Origin: an uncultured cyanobacterium
GTDB taxonomy: Bacteria > Cyanobacteriota > Cyanobacteriia > CACIAM-69d
Direction of reading: 5' to 3'
Assembly: GCA_937894105.1 (NCBI GenBank)
Contig: CALCTI010000371.1
Location: 1 to 31,374 of the forward strand
DNA: 31,374 bases
The notes under the pieces are model-generated. The model saw only the letters and a list, made by a program, of their open reading frames with translations, did not search any database and was not told the origin of the DNA. A program made the position numbers and the translations under genes. This document shows, one piece after another, positions 1-9,920 of this stretch; position 1 is the first letter of the stretch; every line of letters begins with the position of its first letter.

Positions 1-537
1 AAAAATTTGATTCAGTCGCAAATTCAAGAGAAGGGGCCGTATTTCGTAGTGGAGGTGCCGGAAACCCATGAAGAAATGTTGCTGTATGGGGACTACCAAC
101 GGCTGCTTCAAGTCATTCTGAATTTGACGGGCAATGCCATTAAATTTACCGACGAAGGCGGCGTCACCGTTAGCGTGGACTTAATCACGTCGTCGGTGGT
201 GGTGTATGAGGAGGGCGACGAGGACGCCCCGTTAGGGAAGCCCGATGCGGGGATGGCCCTATTCCAAATTATCGATACGGGAATTGGGGTCGCCCTGGAT
301 GATCAGGACAAGCTCTTCCAGGCATTTAGCCAGGCTGATGGTCGCCGCACCCGTAAGTTTGGGGGCACCGGTTTAGGGTTGGTCCTGTCCCAGCAGTTGG
401 TGCAGGCGATGGGAGGGGAGATGAATTTTTACAGCTTAGGTGAAGGGCTCGGTTCAACGGTGACCTTTACGATGCCCCTTTACCAGCAGCCTTTGGTGGC
501 GGCCACGGAGGAGCTCTTAAACGCGGACCCAGAGTAG
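1..537 (+). CDS. Sensor histidine kinase, C-terminal HATPase_c domain (5' partial; gene begins upstream of the window)
   Basis: N box (QVILNLTGNAIKFT), G1 (IIDTGIGV), F box (KLFQAFSQAD) and G2 (FGGTGLGL); frame is open from base 1. Confidence 0.93.
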   Translation, partial: KNLIQSQIQEKGPYFVVEVPETHEEMLLYGDYQRLLQVILNLTGNAIKFTDEGGVTVSVDLITSSVVVYEEGDEDAPLGKPDAGMALFQIIDTGIGVALDDQDKLFQAFSQADGRRTRKFGGTGLGLVLSQQLVQAMGGEMNFYSLGEGLGSTVTFTMPLYQQPLVAATEELLNADPE

Positions 538-598
538 GGCAAGTCATCGGTAGGCGTAATAATTAGCGCAATAATCAGTCATCACCATCGAACTCGGA

Positions 599-1366
599 TC
601 ATGGCAGCTGTTGGATGATTGCGTAGAACAAGGGTCCCAAAATCAGGGCTGGCAGCAGGGATGCCACGCGAATCGCGCCAATTTCTAGCAGGTTAATGCC
701 GATGCCAATGATGGTGAGCCCACCGACGCCGGTCATCATTAAGACGTGGGGATCGGTGCTGGGGTCGGGAAATCCTTGGGCAAGACCGTTGGCGGCGAGG
801 GAAATTGCGCCTTGATAAACCAGGATTACAACGGTGGAAAAGCCGACGCCAATGCCGAAGCTGCCGGTTAGGGCGATCGCTGCCATCCCGTCCATGGTGG
901 ATTTTAAAATCAGCAGGCGATCGTCTCCAGCAATGCCGTTATTGATACTCCCCAGAATCGCCATGGGACCCACGCAAAACAGCAAACTTGCCGCCACAAA
1001 ACCCTCGGTAAATCGCCCGCCACCGCGCACCTTTTTTTTTAGCCAGTCGCCCACCCGGTGCAGACGCCCTTCCAAATTCCACCATTCTCCCAACAGTCCG
1101 CCCGCCACCAGCGCCATTAGCCCAATTACAACGCCGTCTACCAGGGTTCCGGGCACCTGGGTTAGCTGGCGAGCCATTTCCAACCCCACCAGCACCGTAA
1201 TCAGTCCCACGCCCTGGGGGATAATCGCCAGCATTTGCTTAGGCAGGCGCGATCGCATCGCCAAACCCAACCCCGTACCGACCCACACCGTTGCCACATT
1301 AATCAGGGTTCCACTCAGCTGAGTGCCCAAATTTAGGCTAACTGGCAAGTTTAAGATTGGGCTCAT
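599..1366 (-). CDS. DUF554 family membrane protein (YdfK/YqgA-like)
   Basis: GTLINVATVWVGTGLG N-terminus, FVAASLLFCVGPMAILGS and KSTMDG motifs, multiple TM segments; ATG at 1366 preferred over the ORF-track start at 1438. Confidence 0.85.
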   Translation of the reverse strand: MSPILNLPVSLNLGTQLSGTLINVATVWVGTGLGLAMRSRLPKQMLAIIPQGVGLITVLVGLEMARQLTQVPGTLVDGVVIGLMALVAGGLLGEWWNLEGRLHRVGDWLKKKVRGGGRFTEGFVAASLLFCVGPMAILGSINNGIAGDDRLLILKSTMDGMAAIALTGSFGIGVGFSTVVILVYQGAISLAANGLAQGFPDPSTDPHVLMMTGVGGLTIIGIGINLLEIGAIRVASLLPALILGPLFYAIIQQLP

Positions 1367-1794
1367 TTGGAAAATTGAGGCAGAGAAAATTGGAACGAAA
1401 AAGCTGGCCGAGCGTAACGTAAATAACGTAAAAATCAAAAGTCAAAGCTGAAAATGCAATGGGGGGCGCTGAGGCTCCAGATATTTCAAGGAAAAATTAT
1501 TGCCTTTAGAGCCATTCGTCTTTAGATCGCCCTGGCAAGTGGGGATCAACCCCAAAGGATACGCACGAGCTGTTTTAAAATCCTACAAGGAACAAAAACT
1601 GGCATCGCCTTAGGATGTCATCCATTAAATTCCAGAAGCCTTACCCAGCGGGAAGTGCACGCCCTTTTGAATACAAAGCATTAGGCGCTGAAACCCTTGC
1701 AGTTATTGAGCTTGAGAATTAATTGATAACAGCCCATAGGTTCTAGTCAGAGATTGTCCCATCCTATTTACCCCGTTTCACTAGCGTTTCTCTT

Positions 1795-2547
1795 ATGTCT
1801 TCTTCTATTTCGCCCATCAATGGCGTCTTAAGTGTCCTGCGCGAAACTTTAGCAAAATGGCGGCGGCTGGCTTTGGTTACTGGGTTAGTCATTGGGCTAA
1901 CGAGCTTTGCCGTACTGGGCTCGGGCGTTGAACCGGCGATCGCCACAGGCGTTTACAATATGCCCCCCGTGGACTCCAGCGTTCACGTTTACGACGAGGC
2001 AAAGCTGTTTAGCCGCCTAACGAAGGGACAGCTAGAAAAAAAATTGACGGCGATCGCCACCAGCCCAACCAGCAACGGCACCAACATTAACTACGTCACC
2101 TTCCGCCGCTTAGATTACGGGGAAACCATTGAAACGTTTACGGAAAAGCTCTTTTCCACCTGGTTTCCCAGCGAGGATGCCCAGAAGAATCAAATTTTAA
2201 TCGCCCTTGACGCCGTTACCAGCTCCTCCGCCATTCAGGTGGGCTCGGCGATTCCAGGCGCCCTGACCCCGGAAATTGCCGACAGCGTTGCCCAGAAAAG
2301 CCTCTTAACGCCCATTCGAGCAGGTAACTACAACGAAGCATTTTTGAGCACGAGCGATCGCCTGGGAGCCGTTCTAGCTGGGAACCCGGATCCTGGAGCC
2401 CCCACCTTAGCCTCAGCAGTCGCCATCGAAAGCACCTTCACGAGCGCCGAAGACACGGACCAAGGCAGCGCCACCCTTATCGTGGTTGTACTTTTGGTCC
2501 TGGCAATAGCCATTCCAATGATCACCTACTTCGCCTATGCCCGGTAG
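1795..2547 (+). CDS. psb32: TPM-domain thylakoid protein, photosystem II repair protein Psb32 (TLP18.3-like)
   Basis: Signal-like N-terminus ending A-I-A-TGVY, VYDEAKLFSRLT, VTFRRLDYGETIETF, C-terminal TM helix ending ITYFAY. Confidence 0.85.
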   Translation: MSSSISPINGVLSVLRETLAKWRRLALVTGLVIGLTSFAVLGSGVEPAIATGVYNMPPVDSSVHVYDEAKLFSRLTKGQLEKKLTAIATSPTSNGTNINYVTFRRLDYGETIETFTEKLFSTWFPSEDAQKNQILIALDAVTSSSAIQVGSAIPGALTPEIADSVAQKSLLTPIRAGNYNEAFLSTSDRLGAVLAGNPDPGAPTLASAVAIESTFTSAEDTDQGSATLIVVVLLVLAIAIPMITYFAYAR

Positions 2548-2927
2548 GCACTGACTGGGGTTTGTCATGAATAAACAAGCGCCAAACTCCAGACGCCTTA
2601 TAAAATAGGGAAAACAGGCCCTTCACAATAAAGGAAATAAAGAATGCTAGGGACTGTAACCCTGACGACGACCGAGTCTGAGATTTAATTAACGACACGC
2701 CCCGTTAGGTCAGCAGTCAAGGCAAAGCAGCAACACTCAAGGGAAATCACGATAAGATATGAAGTCGGCAGAGCAGTAGCGCTTCATTGGGCCACAGCAC
2801 TCCTGAATGGGCAACTTAGGAATCCAGTGTGAATGTCGGTTATTTGGCTATTTACTTGTCATTGACTTTTGCCGTTTAATTGACAAGTACTGGCCACCCT
2901 TAAAGCACCCATAGGAACCATCAAACG

Positions 2928-2953
2928 AAAAAAACCCCGGCAAAAAGCCAGGG
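2928..2953 (-). terminator. Intrinsic terminator on the minus strand with no evident upstream CDS
   Basis: Minus strand reads CCCTGGC-TTTTT-GCCGGGG-TTTTTTT: 7-bp stem with one G.U pair (it would be a C-A mismatch on the plus strand) followed by U7. Confidence 0.6.
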
Positions 2954-3137
2954 ATTGGGGTGCATCTACCTACTGTTTATTTCTTGAATTGGCTATGGTG
3001 ATCCGGACACTTGCCTGGATCGCTTATATTAATGTCTTCTAACTTTCTAAAATCCGCTTAGGTGGGAAAGCTAGGTTTATATCCTAAAGAAATGCAAACA
3101 GCGTAAATGCCTGTCCACGACATTGGAGTGTCCGACC

Positions 3138-4034
3138 ATGGCTAACCGGGAGCATCTATCCCTACTGCTGGACGGGGCAGATGTTTGGAACCGTTGGCGG
3201 CAACACAATCCAAAAATTCAGCCAAATCTGCGAGAAGCAGATCTGCGCAAAGCAAGGCTTAGCACCATGGATCTAAGCCATGTGGATTTGTGCATGGCAT
3301 GTTTGGAAGAGGCGGATTTATCCAAGGCGGATATTCGTCACGCGAATTTATACACTGCTGATTTAACTGGGGTTAATTTACGAGAAGCAACCCTCAGTCA
3401 GGTAGATCTACGGGAGGCTTCTTTAAAAGGGGCAGACCTGTGTATGGTGACGGTGCGAGAGTCAGATCTGAGTCGGGCGGACTGTCGTGAGGCGAATTTT
3501 TACACGGCGGCGCTGAAGGGGGCGAAGTTTCGGGAAACGGATTTTTCTCGGGCGGATTTGCGAGAAGCAAATTTATGTATGACGGACTTACGGGAGGCGA
3601 ATTTGCGATCGGCAAATTTAAGTCTTTCAATTTTATGTATGGCGTCGATGGTAGGGGCGAATCTGTACCAGGCTAATTTGAATTTGGCTAATTTAAGCTT
3701 GGCTAACCTGTGCGTCGCTAGTTTGATGGGGGCAAATTTGGACGCGGCAACGTTGATTGGTGCCAATTTAATCGGAGCCAATCTTTACACGGCAAGTTTG
3801 GTGGACGCCATTTTAAAGGAGGCGGACCTGCGAGAGGTAACCCTAAGCAACGCTGACCTATCGCGCTCCAATTTAAGTATGGCGAATTTAAGCATGGCCA
3901 ACTTGCGTGAAGCGAAGTTTGTCGAGACCAACTTAGAAGGGGCAAATTTACATAAGGCCAATCTGTGGGAAGTGACCTTAAATAATGCGCTGCTGCGAGA
4001 GACGATTATGCCCAACGGTCAGCGCCACGGCTAA
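3138..4034 (+). CDS. Pentapeptide repeat protein
   Basis: About 50 consecutive A(D/N)LXX repeats after the typical MANREHL...WNRWR cap; GGAG upstream of ATG 3138. Confidence 0.95.
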   Translation: MANREHLSLLLDGADVWNRWRQHNPKIQPNLREADLRKARLSTMDLSHVDLCMACLEEADLSKADIRHANLYTADLTGVNLREATLSQVDLREASLKGADLCMVTVRESDLSRADCREANFYTAALKGAKFRETDFSRADLREANLCMTDLREANLRSANLSLSILCMASMVGANLYQANLNLANLSLANLCVASLMGANLDAATLIGANLIGANLYTASLVDAILKEADLREVTLSNADLSRSNLSMANLSMANLREAKFVETNLEGANLHKANLWEVTLNNALLRETIMPNGQRHG

Positions 4035-4200
4035 ACTTTGACCACTGAGTCTGGGGCGTGCCGTCAATATAAACGTTAAAAGGGTTATGCAGTGGCAAGA
4101 ACACCCATCCTTGCAAACCAAATCCGATCTTTTTACTCTGACTAGGGGTTGGGAGTGATTGAAAGCGGACTTGGCCGTAGAGGAGGCTTTGCCAAAGGGG

Positions 4201-6516
4201 CTATTCCTCTTCGTCACTACCGGTTTCGTCATCAGAGCCCTCAGCTGCCTCCGTGTCGTCGGAGAGGGCTGCCAAGTCGATTTGCTGCCGGTAGTAGTCT
4301 ACGCCTCGCACTTCCACGTTGACTGGGTTGCCCAGGGCGTAGCGCCGTCGGTTCTTGCGCCCCACTAGGGTTTGCTGGCGTGATCGGTATTCGTACCAGT
4401 CGTCTTTTAAGGACGAAACATGCACCAGCCCCTCCACCTGTAGCTCTTCAATTTCCACAAAGAACCCGTAAGACTGGACGCCTACAATCAGCCCTGTAAA
4501 GCTTTCTTCAATGCGGGACTGCATGGTAGCCGTGCGCTGGAGACCGATAATATCTGACTCGGCGTCTTGCACCGCTCGCTCGCGATCGCCCAGGTTGGTC
4601 AAGGTGTTTGCCAAGCGGGCTTCTAAATCTTGATGCATATCCGGTGGCAACACGTTCCAGTCAATTTCCCCGTGGCAGGTGTGGTCGCGCAGGTTAACGG
4701 ATTTTTTGGAGCGGGTGGTGCGGCGATCGCGCCCGTTTTCAAACACCGCATTTAAAACGTGCTGCACCAAGAAGTCGGCATAGTGGCGGGTGGGCGCATT
4801 GCCCGTGGCATACATGGGCAGCGCTAGACCGAAGTGGGGACGGGGCGTCACGCTGTAGTAGCTAGGCTTTAGGGTCGGCAACAGCAGGGTATTGATAATT
4901 TTTCTGCCGCTAGGGGACTCTGCCAACTCGTCTAAACACGCCTGGTAAGCTTTGGGGATCACTTCCGCGTCGTCATCTAGGGTGTAAGTCAAACCCACGT
5001 TGCTAGCAAGCTTAATGGCATCCTGCACTTCGCTTAGGGGGGGCACCGTTTGGCAGCGATATAGGGCGGGCACTCCCAAAGCGTGGAGATGCTCAGCAAT
5101 GCCCTGATTCGCGGCGATCATCACCTCATTCACCAGCCCCTCCGACGGCTGCTCGTTACGGGGCAACACCGGCACGCCCGGTACGCCCTCCCGCTGTAAG
5201 GTGGATTCTGCCTCCGGTCCCCGCCGCAGCTCAAAGCCACCGCGATCACGTCGCTGCTGTCTTAACCCATTAGCCACCCCCTGAAACTGGGACAACAGCT
5301 CCTTAACTCCCTTGGCGTCGGACACATCGAGGGCATCGTCGGTGTCATTAACCAGATCGCTAATTTGCTGGCTGGTTAATGACACATCGGCGCGCACCAC
5401 ACTGGGCTGAATTTCAAAGCCAACCCGCTGCCCCGCCTCATCCAAGGTCACTAGCACCGAAACGCCTAACCGGTCCTGTCCTGGCACAAAGGATCCATGG
5501 CTAGCGCTAATGGCCGGTGGAAATAGGGGCAAGACCGCGTCGCTTAAATAGGCCGCCAAGCCCCGCCGCTGGGCCTCCCGATCCAAGGGCGATCCTAACG
5601 ACACATAGTGGGCAATATCCGCCATATGGCTGCCCAGGCGCGTTTGCCCGTTGCCGTTGGTTTCCACCGTAATGGCGTGGTCGTAAATGGGCACGGTGGC
5701 GTCTCCTTCACCATTGGCGATCGCCACGGTGGGCAGTGATCGCACATCCAGCCGTCCTTTCACCTCCGCCGCCTTTAAGGTCTTCTTCAGGGTGGGCAAC
5801 TTCTCTGCCGCCGCGATCGCCGCCGGCGAAAATCGCTCCAGCAGCCCGTACTTGCAGGTAACAATATCCACATCCCGCGCCGCCTGGGCATCCACCCCCA
5901 GCACCTTATTAATCTTCCCCTTCGGCAACATGCGACCCAGGGGATACCGGTCAATATCCACACTTTCGAGATACTCCACAATATCGTCCAGGCTCACCCC
6001 TTCAGCCTCCCTCAGCGCCACTTCAAACAACAGGCGATCGTCCAAAGGAGTGGCGCGAAAATCCCCGCCATCGGTCTTTTTTACCCGCGCCAGCACCGAC
6101 TGGTTAGACCGTTCCAGCACCAAACACACTTCCCCTTCCGGGCTACGGCGACGATTTCGCCCAGCCCCTTCCTTGATGACCTTTACTAGGACGCGATCGC
6201 CATTCCACGCATTGGACAAATGATTCTCGTGGATATACACATCCTCCGTATCATCATCGTCCTGGATAGCAAAACAAAAACCCTTACTCGAACAGCGCAA
6301 CTTTGCCTCAAACAACTCCTCTTGGGGTTTCGGCGCTAAACGATACCGTCCCCGCTCCTTTTCCACAATGCCAATGGTTTCTAGCGCTTTTAGAGCAATA
6401 CCCAAATGTTCTTTCTCGGTGCCTTCTTCCAAATTCAGCTTTTGCTCCAGAATTTTGGAAGTTAGGGACTTATCGCCCGTAAAGCTAGACAAAAGGGCAG
6501 CAATTGAAAAATCCAA
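4201..6516 (-). CDS. RNase II/RNase R family protein (RNB plus S1 domains; cyanobacterial Zam-like paralog), catalytic motif degenerate
   Basis: LRCSSKGFCFAI cold-shock domain, RNB region, C-terminal S1 (GVQSYGFFVEI...GLVHVSSLKDDWYEY); TTG start at 6516 (LDFSIAALL) preceded by GGAGG. Confidence 0.88.
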   Translation of the reverse strand: MDFSIAALLSSFTGDKSLTSKILEQKLNLEEGTEKEHLGIALKALETIGIVEKERGRYRLAPKPQEELFEAKLRCSSKGFCFAIQDDDDTEDVYIHENHLSNAWNGDRVLVKVIKEGAGRNRRRSPEGEVCLVLERSNQSVLARVKKTDGGDFRATPLDDRLLFEVALREAEGVSLDDIVEYLESVDIDRYPLGRMLPKGKINKVLGVDAQAARDVDIVTCKYGLLERFSPAAIAAAEKLPTLKKTLKAAEVKGRLDVRSLPTVAIANGEGDATVPIYDHAITVETNGNGQTRLGSHMADIAHYVSLGSPLDREAQRRGLAAYLSDAVLPLFPPAISASHGSFVPGQDRLGVSVLVTLDEAGQRVGFEIQPSVVRADVSLTSQQISDLVNDTDDALDVSDAKGVKELLSQFQGVANGLRQQRRDRGGFELRRGPEAESTLQREGVPGVPVLPRNEQPSEGLVNEVMIAANQGIAEHLHALGVPALYRCQTVPPLSEVQDAIKLASNVGLTYTLDDDAEVIPKAYQACLDELAESPSGRKIINTLLLPTLKPSYYSVTPRPHFGLALPMYATGNAPTRHYADFLVQHVLNAVFENGRDRRTTRSKKSVNLRDHTCHGEIDWNVLPPDMHQDLEARLANTLTNLGDRERAVQDAESDIIGLQRTATMQSRIEESFTGLIVGVQSYGFFVEIEELQVEGLVHVSSLKDDWYEYRSRQQTLVGRKNRRRYALGNPVNVEVRGVDYYRQQIDLAALSDDTEAAEGSDDETGSDEEE

Positions 6517-7096
6517 AGCGCGTAAACCTCCAACGGTAAAACTGAACAGTGACAACTAAACCAGTGCCCGAAAAGTAGCGTTATTTAGTCACCCACCCTT
6601 TCAAAAATGACGATTCAAAGAAATTAGACGTCTAAAGTCAACTCTAAAGCCTTGAATCAACCAGAAACAAAATTCTCGACCTCAACAACAATTGGTGCCA
6701 CTAAAACGAAGAAAAGTCACGAAAAGCAGTGGGGCAATTAGAATAACGCAGTGAAACTTAAAGTCGGACAATGGGACAATAACGATGTCGTTTTGTATTG
6801 GTCCAACGTTATTTATCACGTCAATCTTGCCATAAAGCGTCCCATTAATGGCTGAATTGAATCGGGGTGGCTTTTCATTAACCAGTGCTTGCCACAATCG
6901 CCACCCGCCATTTCCATTGGTCATTCCTACACGCCACGACCCAGACCGAATGTTTAGCCAGTAGGTTACATTAACTTTGCTTGCGTTAGGACTTTGAGTG
7001 GGGCATCTCGATTTTTAACGGGACGAGCAACTGATCACTATTTGCTGAATTTGCTGATCAATACTATTAATAGCTGTTTGAGTGGTTTCACTGTCT

Positions 7097-7879
7097 ATGT
7101 TTGCGGAATTTCGATCGCGGTATCCCACCGGCTGCTTAGTATCGAAAATGCTGGAATTCACCCAGGGACAGTACGTGGTATCGGTAGCGGTGGAGCTGGA
7201 TGGGCAGGTATTAGCAACGGGGATGGCGGCGGCGGATACGCTGGAAGAGGCGGAGGGTCGCGCTCGGGTTCGTGCGTTGGAAGCTTTAGGATTGGTAGCC
7301 ATTGACTACGACGGCTCGGTAACGTTGCTGGGCGGCGACTCGTCCAGTGCGCTTCCATCCAATGCGCTCCCGTCCAATAATCGCCCCATTGCCCAACTGG
7401 CGGGCACTGCCTCAGCTGAGCCCCCACTGACAGAAACGATTCCCCGCGCTGAAGCAACGGAGGTGATAGCAGAAACGGCTGAAGTGAAAGAACCGCCAAA
7501 AACAGCCAGTCCTTCTCCTCAATCATCGGTTAATCCCCCAGCTCCTACTACTCCGTCCTCTAGCCCTCCAGCCTCGAAAAAATCAGCCCCGAAAAAAGCC
7601 GCCCCAGACATTCCCGGCTTAGATTTTGCGGATCCTCCTCCGGCACCATCTCCAGAACCGCCAGCGCCCTCCCCTAAGGCAGAGTTGCCGGTGGATTTAT
7701 CTGATGCGATCGCCCAAATTGGTTTGCTGATGGAGCAGGTGGGTTGGGACAAAAAACAAGGGGTGGCTTACCTGCAAGAGACTTATGGTAAGCGCACCCG
7801 AGCCGAATTAACGGACCAAGAACTGATGACGTTTTTAGGACATCTGCAAACGCTGGTGCAGAAGGACCTGGACTTTTAA
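7097..7879 (+). CDS. Conserved cyanobacterial hypothetical protein: N-terminal alpha/beta domain, Pro/Ser-rich linker, small C-terminal helical domain
   Basis: Long ORF; MFAEFRSRYPTGCLVS start and YGKRTRAELTDQEL end resemble a recalled cyanobacterial family. Confidence 0.8.
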   Translation: MFAEFRSRYPTGCLVSKMLEFTQGQYVVSVAVELDGQVLATGMAAADTLEEAEGRARVRALEALGLVAIDYDGSVTLLGGDSSSALPSNALPSNNRPIAQLAGTASAEPPLTETIPRAEATEVIAETAEVKEPPKTASPSPQSSVNPPAPTTPSSSPPASKKSAPKKAAPDIPGLDFADPPPAPSPEPPAPSPKAELPVDLSDAIAQIGLLMEQVGWDKKQGVAYLQETYGKRTRAELTDQELMTFLGHLQTLVQKDLDF

Positions 7880-7886
7880 GGACGTC

Positions 7887-9242
7887 TTAGCGACCGATGC
7901 CCACATAGCGGTAGCCGAGCGATCGCATCTCCTCAGGATCCAAGAAATTGCGCCCGTCAATCATCACCGGCATATTCATAAGCTTTGCCATTGCGCCGTA
8001 ATCCAAGGTCTTAAACTGGGACCAGTCCGTTACCAACACCAGGGCATCGCAGCTATCGGCCAACCGCTCCGGATCCGTTTCCACATACACATTGGACAAT
8101 CCGTGGCGCATGCCCGTTTGGGACACAATGGGATCGTAGGCTTTCACCTTAGCTCCCAGGCGGTTGAGCTGCTCAATCATGGTCAACGCAGGGGCGTCGC
8201 GCATATCGTCCGTGTCCGGCTTAAAGGTCAACCCCAACAGTCCCACGGTTTTACCCTTTAGGATTTTCAGCTCACTTTGGAGCTTTTCAATGGCGATCGT
8301 GCGCTGGTGTTGATTCACCGACACCGCCGACTTCATCAGCTGGGCGTCGTAACCATAATCATTCGCCGTGTGAATCAGCGCTGACACGTCCTTCGGAAAG
8401 CAGGAGCCCCCCCAGCCAATCCCAGCTTGGAGGAACTTGCCGCCGATACGGGAATCTAAACCAATTCCCTGAGCCACCTGCACCACATCAGCGCCCACGC
8501 GATCGCAAATATTCGCCACCTCATTCACAAAGCTAATTTTTGTCGCTAGGAACGCATTAGCCGCATACTTCACCATCTCCGCCGAGCTTAGGTCAGTTTT
8601 CACCACCGGCACCGGAGGCAGATCCTTATTTTCCGCAAACTCTCGGGTAATAATCGGCTGGTACAGCTTCTCCATCATGGCGAGCGCCTGGGCTTCGTTG
8701 CTACCCAATACAATGCGATCCGGATTAAAAGTGTCATGAACCGCCGACCCTTCCCGCAAAAACTCAGGGTTGCTCACCACCGCAAAGGAAGGCTCGCTAG
8801 CCCCCTCGTTAGCCTCGTTAAACCCGTCCATCACAATCATCCGCACCCAGTCACCGGAGCCAATGGGCACTGTTGATTTATTGACGATCACCTTAAACTC
8901 GCTGCCGCCTTTTAGGTTAGATCCTATACCGCGAGCTACGGCTTCCACGTAGCGAGTATCACTTTCCCCCGTGTGCTACGGCGGCGTTCCTTCCGCTATT
9001 ATCTTTTTTTCGCCGTTGTCAACGCCAGCGGCCAGGTCCGCTGTGAATTCAATGGATCCTTTTTGCATGGAGCTTTGCATCAGCTCGGACAGCCCCGGTT
9101 CGTAGATGGGGGACTGCCCCGATCGCATCAGCTTAACTTTCTCCTCGTTGTTATCAACGCATATGACCTGGTGCCCTGAGTGGGCCAAGCAAACCCCCGT
9201 TACTAAGCCAACATATCCGGTACCAATAACACATACGCGCAT
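7887..9242 (-). pseudogene. ugd: UDP-glucose 6-dehydrogenase, interrupted as written by an in-frame TAG at 8976-8978 (probably a sequence error)
   Basis: MRVCVIGTGYVG Rossmann start, GIGWGGSCFPKD catalytic motif, GLTFKPDTDDMR; both ORF pieces share one frame (1356 nt, 452 codons). Confidence 0.93.
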
Positions 9243-9920
9243 AGCTAAATCCTTGTTAAAACTAGTTTTCCTGTGACTGATTGTTCCCTCTGTCTACGTG
9301 ATCGCCTGCGTTGTTAATGCGCAAGCTACCGCACCGAGAAGTGGGCTCACTCTCTCGCCTCTGTCATAGCAAATCTGTTGAGCAACTGGCTCTTACGGCA
9401 AGATAATGACTACCACGCGACAGTGCTATGAAAGGAAAATTGCTGCGAAACAACGCCCCAACAAGCCCCCTTCATATGCATGGAAAGTGTGGCGATCGCC
9501 CTGCAATGCCATTCTTTAAATCCGAATGATTATTCACCGAAACGGGCATAAAACAGGAGAAATCGGTCAGCCTCCTAAGCTAGTTTGCCCGGAGACAGGA
9601 CCAGGACGATCATGGCTTGCCCTGGGGTATTGACCATTTGCCGACGATTTCCAACCGCCTGACAAACTCCTTGAATACTCCCTCTCATTTATCCCTTAGG
9701 CGATCCCAAAAGCCGCCGCAGAAACGTCCCAATCACCACAACACCGTGCCATAGGAGCAAATCGCAACAATCATAAAAGCAGTAACTACCTCTGTTTTGT
9801 CACTTTCCGCCAAAAAGCGCTGAAACCCTTATTCTTCCGTTGAAATTTTATATTGAACAATGGCTAGAACAGCGTAAATTCGTCGCCATTTCAGGAAGTG
9901 ACAAAACAGGGCTATCCTGC

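Noticed and set aside
834-1322. 162-aa plus-strand ORF
   Set aside because: Antisense shadow of the DUF554 gene with no recognisable motifs; same reasoning for shadow ORFs 5687-6223, 19663-20232 and 27537-28250
6682-6924. 80-aa minus-strand ORF in the divergent RNase/hypothetical spacer
   Set aside because: TTG start, no SD, no family motif; more likely promoter DNA
8970-9020. Diversity-generating retroelement as the cause of clustered substitutions
   Set aside because: No reverse transcriptase or template/variable repeat pair in the window; inferred changes also hit non-adenine positions and converge on one base instead of randomising adenines
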